Positions 1-64,000 of a DNA stretch of 64,000 nt are shown in pieces. The notes below the pieces were generated by a model. The model did no database searches and was not told the origin of the DNA. It saw nothing but the letters and a program-made list of their open reading frames with translations. Numbering within the stretch: position 1 is the first letter of the stretch; each line of letters begins with the position of its first letter. Source of the DNA: Iphione sp. A-MEVVRFRX5 (Eukaryota). A program made the translations under genes and the position numbers. Location: contig OZ320319.1 of NCBI GenBank assembly GCA_976226885.1, forward strand, positions 22,816,001-22,880,000. Reading direction: 5' to 3'.

Positions 1-60328
<60,328 letters not shown>

Positions 60329-61715
60329 CTGGAATTACAGCAGCGAACTCATTATGACGTCTGTGAGGGTAAGGAAGTAATTTTTACTCAAGGTTGCAGG
60401 CTTTACGTGGCTCATCCTAAAAACGTCCCTTCAATACCCGAGCCAATCTTGCCGTGCATTTAAGAATAATATTATGTACTCGCAGACCAAAAAAATCGGT
60501 GACATTGCGATATTAATACGATGTTTGGCATAAATGCCTTGCTGACAATATTATAGTCTTCCTCTCCCTTGAATCTCAGCAATTACACGGCAAGCAAATG
60601 ATGGAATGTAAAAATGCAATGGAAGGTATTTATGTAAAGATATTCAACAATAGTATTAAGCAATCCTTGTAAACAATCCTGCAAAAAAGGACGGTGGAAT
60701 TATTTGAAATGCAAACATGAGGAAACTATACTCAACTAAACAACACCTCATGATACCTCTATCATTTGACTACATGAGTGAAATCAAGAACCCATTTGGT
60801 CTCACTGTGAATGTATGTCGGATGGGTCAGGTCGGAATCTGAAGGATCACATAATAAAGGTTGACTGAAATACCAATACAACCTGATCATATACAGGTAC
60901 AGTTCGCTATAACGGGAATACACATATGAAAACTATCGGTTTGATACCTTAATAAGAAACGAGAGGGATTCTATATTAAACCGTCTGAACTTCATACCAG
61001 CTGAAAGGGACTTCAGAATGGATCAAAGTAGGGAGGAATAATAATGCCCCTGTTCCTATAGAACATGCACAAACCTTTACACATATGCATACACATTATT
61101 TCACAAGGCGGCTTCATGTATAATCAGATGAAAGCTATTTTACGGTCATGACTGGATTCTAACAAAGTCCTGAATGTCCTTTATATCTGAGGTTGGGAGA
61201 AAGGATCTTCTATTCTACTTTCCTAGTGGTTTCTAGGCTACAGGAGGATAGTGTTTAGGATTCTTTTGGAGGGGGACAAGGTATGGAGGTAATGGGAATA
61301 CCATGACCCTAAGAGACCACTACTAAACAATAATGCGCAAATCAATTCACATTTCTCAACTCTCCCGAGTAATAACCACATGATGATATCCATGATCAAA
61401 TCACGTGAAGGATATTTGAAATTGATCCAACTATGAACAAATTGAAGGTTTTTACACAAAGTTCATCCTTTGATGAAAGACTGACGGTCTGTTTACCACT
61501 CCCATTGGTGGAAAGACGCACGCCAAGTGTGGACAACCATGTAAACACTCGATATCTGTCAGTAGGTGTTACTACGAGAGAGGAGAGAGAGAGGCCTTGA
61601 TAACTATTCAGCTGTTTAACATAGCATACCCGACATATATATAATATATATACTGGCTACAGTTCTATACCTCTGGATTGGATCAAATGACAATGAGATG
61701 TCTCCCTACTATTCT

Positions 61716-61800
61716 TGAAAAGAAGTTGCCGAACAGGACTTGAACCCAGACCCTCTAGAAGAGCTAGGCCGATAGCCTAACTTTACTCCCACCTCAACCA
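61716..61800 (-). mobile_element. Possible tRNA-derived SINE fragment
   Basis: B-box-like GGTTCAAGTCC on minus (61736-61746); no convincing cloverleaf or A box. Confidence 0.35.
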
Positions 61801-62181
61801 CTTACGTCTTGGCTTAGCAGTCGGCTTGCTAGGTGAAGGTTTGCAAGCCGAAGGTGTATCACTAGGTTTCAGTTTAGACCCGGAACACGTCACATCAAAG
61901 GGTATCATCTTAGTGCTTGACTGGAGCCTTAACTACTGAATCAGTGGACTATATAGCCACATGGTATCTGTAGGCGACGAGATTTCATACTATGACCCCA
62001 GTCAAAGACCTTTCACACCTCCGACAGTCATCTTTGTTATTACATGTGCCACTGTTTGTCAATGGAGATAAACGCAAGAGGGGGCGGAACCAGGGGACTG
62101 TGGTGGGAGCGAAAGGTGTTCAACTGAGTGGGTTCGTTTTTAGTAACCGCGGAGACCCTTACCATGGGATAACGTACATAC

Positions 62182-62323
62182 TTAACCGGCTGGAATACTT
62201 CATAGACATTGTAGGATCTGGGGGTGGGGGGATGAGGGCTGGGTGTTCACCTGCATCTAACGAACCCTGGGTGCGGATCTGCATCTGAACCATCTTGCTG
62301 GTCATGAAGCCTAGACACCCCAT
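62182..62323 (-). CDS. Candidate alternative first coding exon MGCLGFMTSK...PPPPDPTMSMKYSSRL
   Basis: acaATGg context, upstream in-frame TAG, 47 codons + 1 nt then |gtatgt; phase 1 matches the 60328 acceptor. Confidence 0.5.
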
Positions 62324-63478
62324 TGTCCTTTGAGTCCCTGCAACCCTGACGCTGACACCCTACGTGCCCCTGACATCGAGATGTGCCGCCCAGGCCAGTC
62401 CTCTACCCGTGTGCAACCTGAGTTCTGACATTGTAACATTACTTGAGGCGTCGTTCAGGAATAAGCGAGTCAGAGGAGCATGCCAGTTGGACCCTGCATG
62501 TCAAGGAGAGAGAGAGAGAGAAGCAGCGACAGCTGGTGTTACGACTTGCTAGTGGTTGTACCGATTTCAATATTCTGAACACCTGAATACTTTATACATT
62601 ATAGCAACACTGTACAGAGGCAGTACAGCAGCAACTCAACTAAGGGGGCAACTGAGAATTAGGGGCATTTTTTTCAGTCCCAATGCTGTGTACTACATAA
62701 CAAAAGCAACCCTATGATAAGAGCTACCCTTCGTAAAGGGCAGAGACGGCTGGTCCATCCGGTGTTCATAATAGAAGGTTTCTACTGTACCTGGTGAAGA
62801 GAACGGTCTTTCATATATTTAATTTAGCGAAGCTAATGTAGGACTACTTCAGGTGTGAACACAGTCACCTCTCCTGAACCAACTTTTCTAGTTCTGTGGC
62901 ATTTTCATCAGATAACGAGGTAATTCAGCTATGTCAGTAAATGGGCAAATATGCAATATATTTCAGATAGCAAATAAATCATTGATGCCTTTTTTCAGCC
63001 TTGTCCTGGCTCAAAAACCTCACACACAAAATACAATACGATTTTCACCTTAATTTAAAATAATTTATAGTTACAAGTAAAAACATTCAGCTGTCATGCA
63101 TCGATTCTTAGCACAACCGATACTTAAACTATTATCTAATTTTATTTTGGGCTTGCAGCATACAATATATTATATATTGGCATTCCGCATAAGCATTTTA
63201 AAAAGTCTTACAAAGTCAATAGTTAGCCGATATGTGAACTCCAGGTTGCAGGCGTTTGATGCTCAATGATTGTGAACTAAAGTAGGGGAATTGGACTCCT
63301 CTATCCGGCGCACAAATGCCACCTACCGATTAACGTACGCATTAAATAGTGTCTCGTAGACAGCCGTAAAGCCGTCTTCGTGATTGGTTGCATTGCCAAG
63401 GAGGATTCTGGTCTTGTTGCAATCAATTCCACGCCGAATTACATGCACCTGAAGCTTACTTTACATTTATACCATATA

Positions 63479-63835
63479 CAGTAGAAATCCACTCAAACAT
63501 AAAAAACGTATAAGACCATTAACACCGAGATTTCCAAGAACTGAATACATTTATCGAGTTATAACATATTACCCACCTTCAAAGGAGACCAACTGAAGAG
63601 AGAGGCTTACATAAGCCAGTCCCAAGCTGGGTCTGATTTGAGGTTCCTACCCTAGATTAGGATCCCTTTAATCTGGACAGCCAATGGGCTTGAACCAATA
63701 CTGTCCATAGTGTAAGCTGTCCAGATTAGCAGGAGTATTCAGGCTAGTGACTTGTAAATATGATTTGGTTTTGTCCCTTTACTGTCCATGAGGCTTGTCC
63801 TGATTGAAGGGTGGCTAGATCGAGGGATTCTACTG
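63479..63835. mobile_element. MITE, Tc1/mariner-pogo type (357 bp)
   Basis: Left CAGTAGAAATCCACTC vs right (rev-comp) CAGTAGAATCCCTC; TA on both sides. Confidence 0.7.
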
Positions 63836-64000
63836 TATATTATATGTGCGTAAACGCCATCAACATATGCATACATGAAGTTCTTTGTGAGACTCATTCA
63901 CAGGCATGCCTATCTGTGATAACGTTTACTATCAGAATGTGTTTATCTTGCATTATCTTAGCACCGTAGCGTGCACAGTAGGGTAACAAGTTGGGGGGGG

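Overview
Eukaryotic (animal) genomic DNA, probably from a marine invertebrate; the taxon is only a guess from sequence style. One intron-rich gene on the minus strand fills the window: a type-I ferlin (myoferlin/dysferlin-like). I mapped 35 exon positions by hand, and their GT-AG boundaries and phases chain into one open frame. It runs from the C2A-C2B linker through C2B, FerI, C2C, FerA/FerB, nested DysF, C2D, C2DE and C2E to the start of C2F. The 3' end with the TM anchor is off the left edge, and any C2A exons are off the right edge or absent. The most unusual feature is a hidden layer of candidate alternative exons, mostly too short for the ORF track. These are (i) a mutually exclusive exon pair in C2C, (ii) seven frame-preserving cassette/micro-exons (12-159 nt) in the one intron matching the calpain-cleavage linker of vertebrate dysferlin (exon 40a position), (iii) further 3-30 nt microexon candidates, and (iv) at least two alternative C2A-less N-termini, one with an acidic dileucine motif. 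Introns also hold three TA-flanked MITEs, minisatellites and a 132-nt assembly gap. All alternative-exon calls rest on splice-site and frame logic only and need RNA-seq confirmation.
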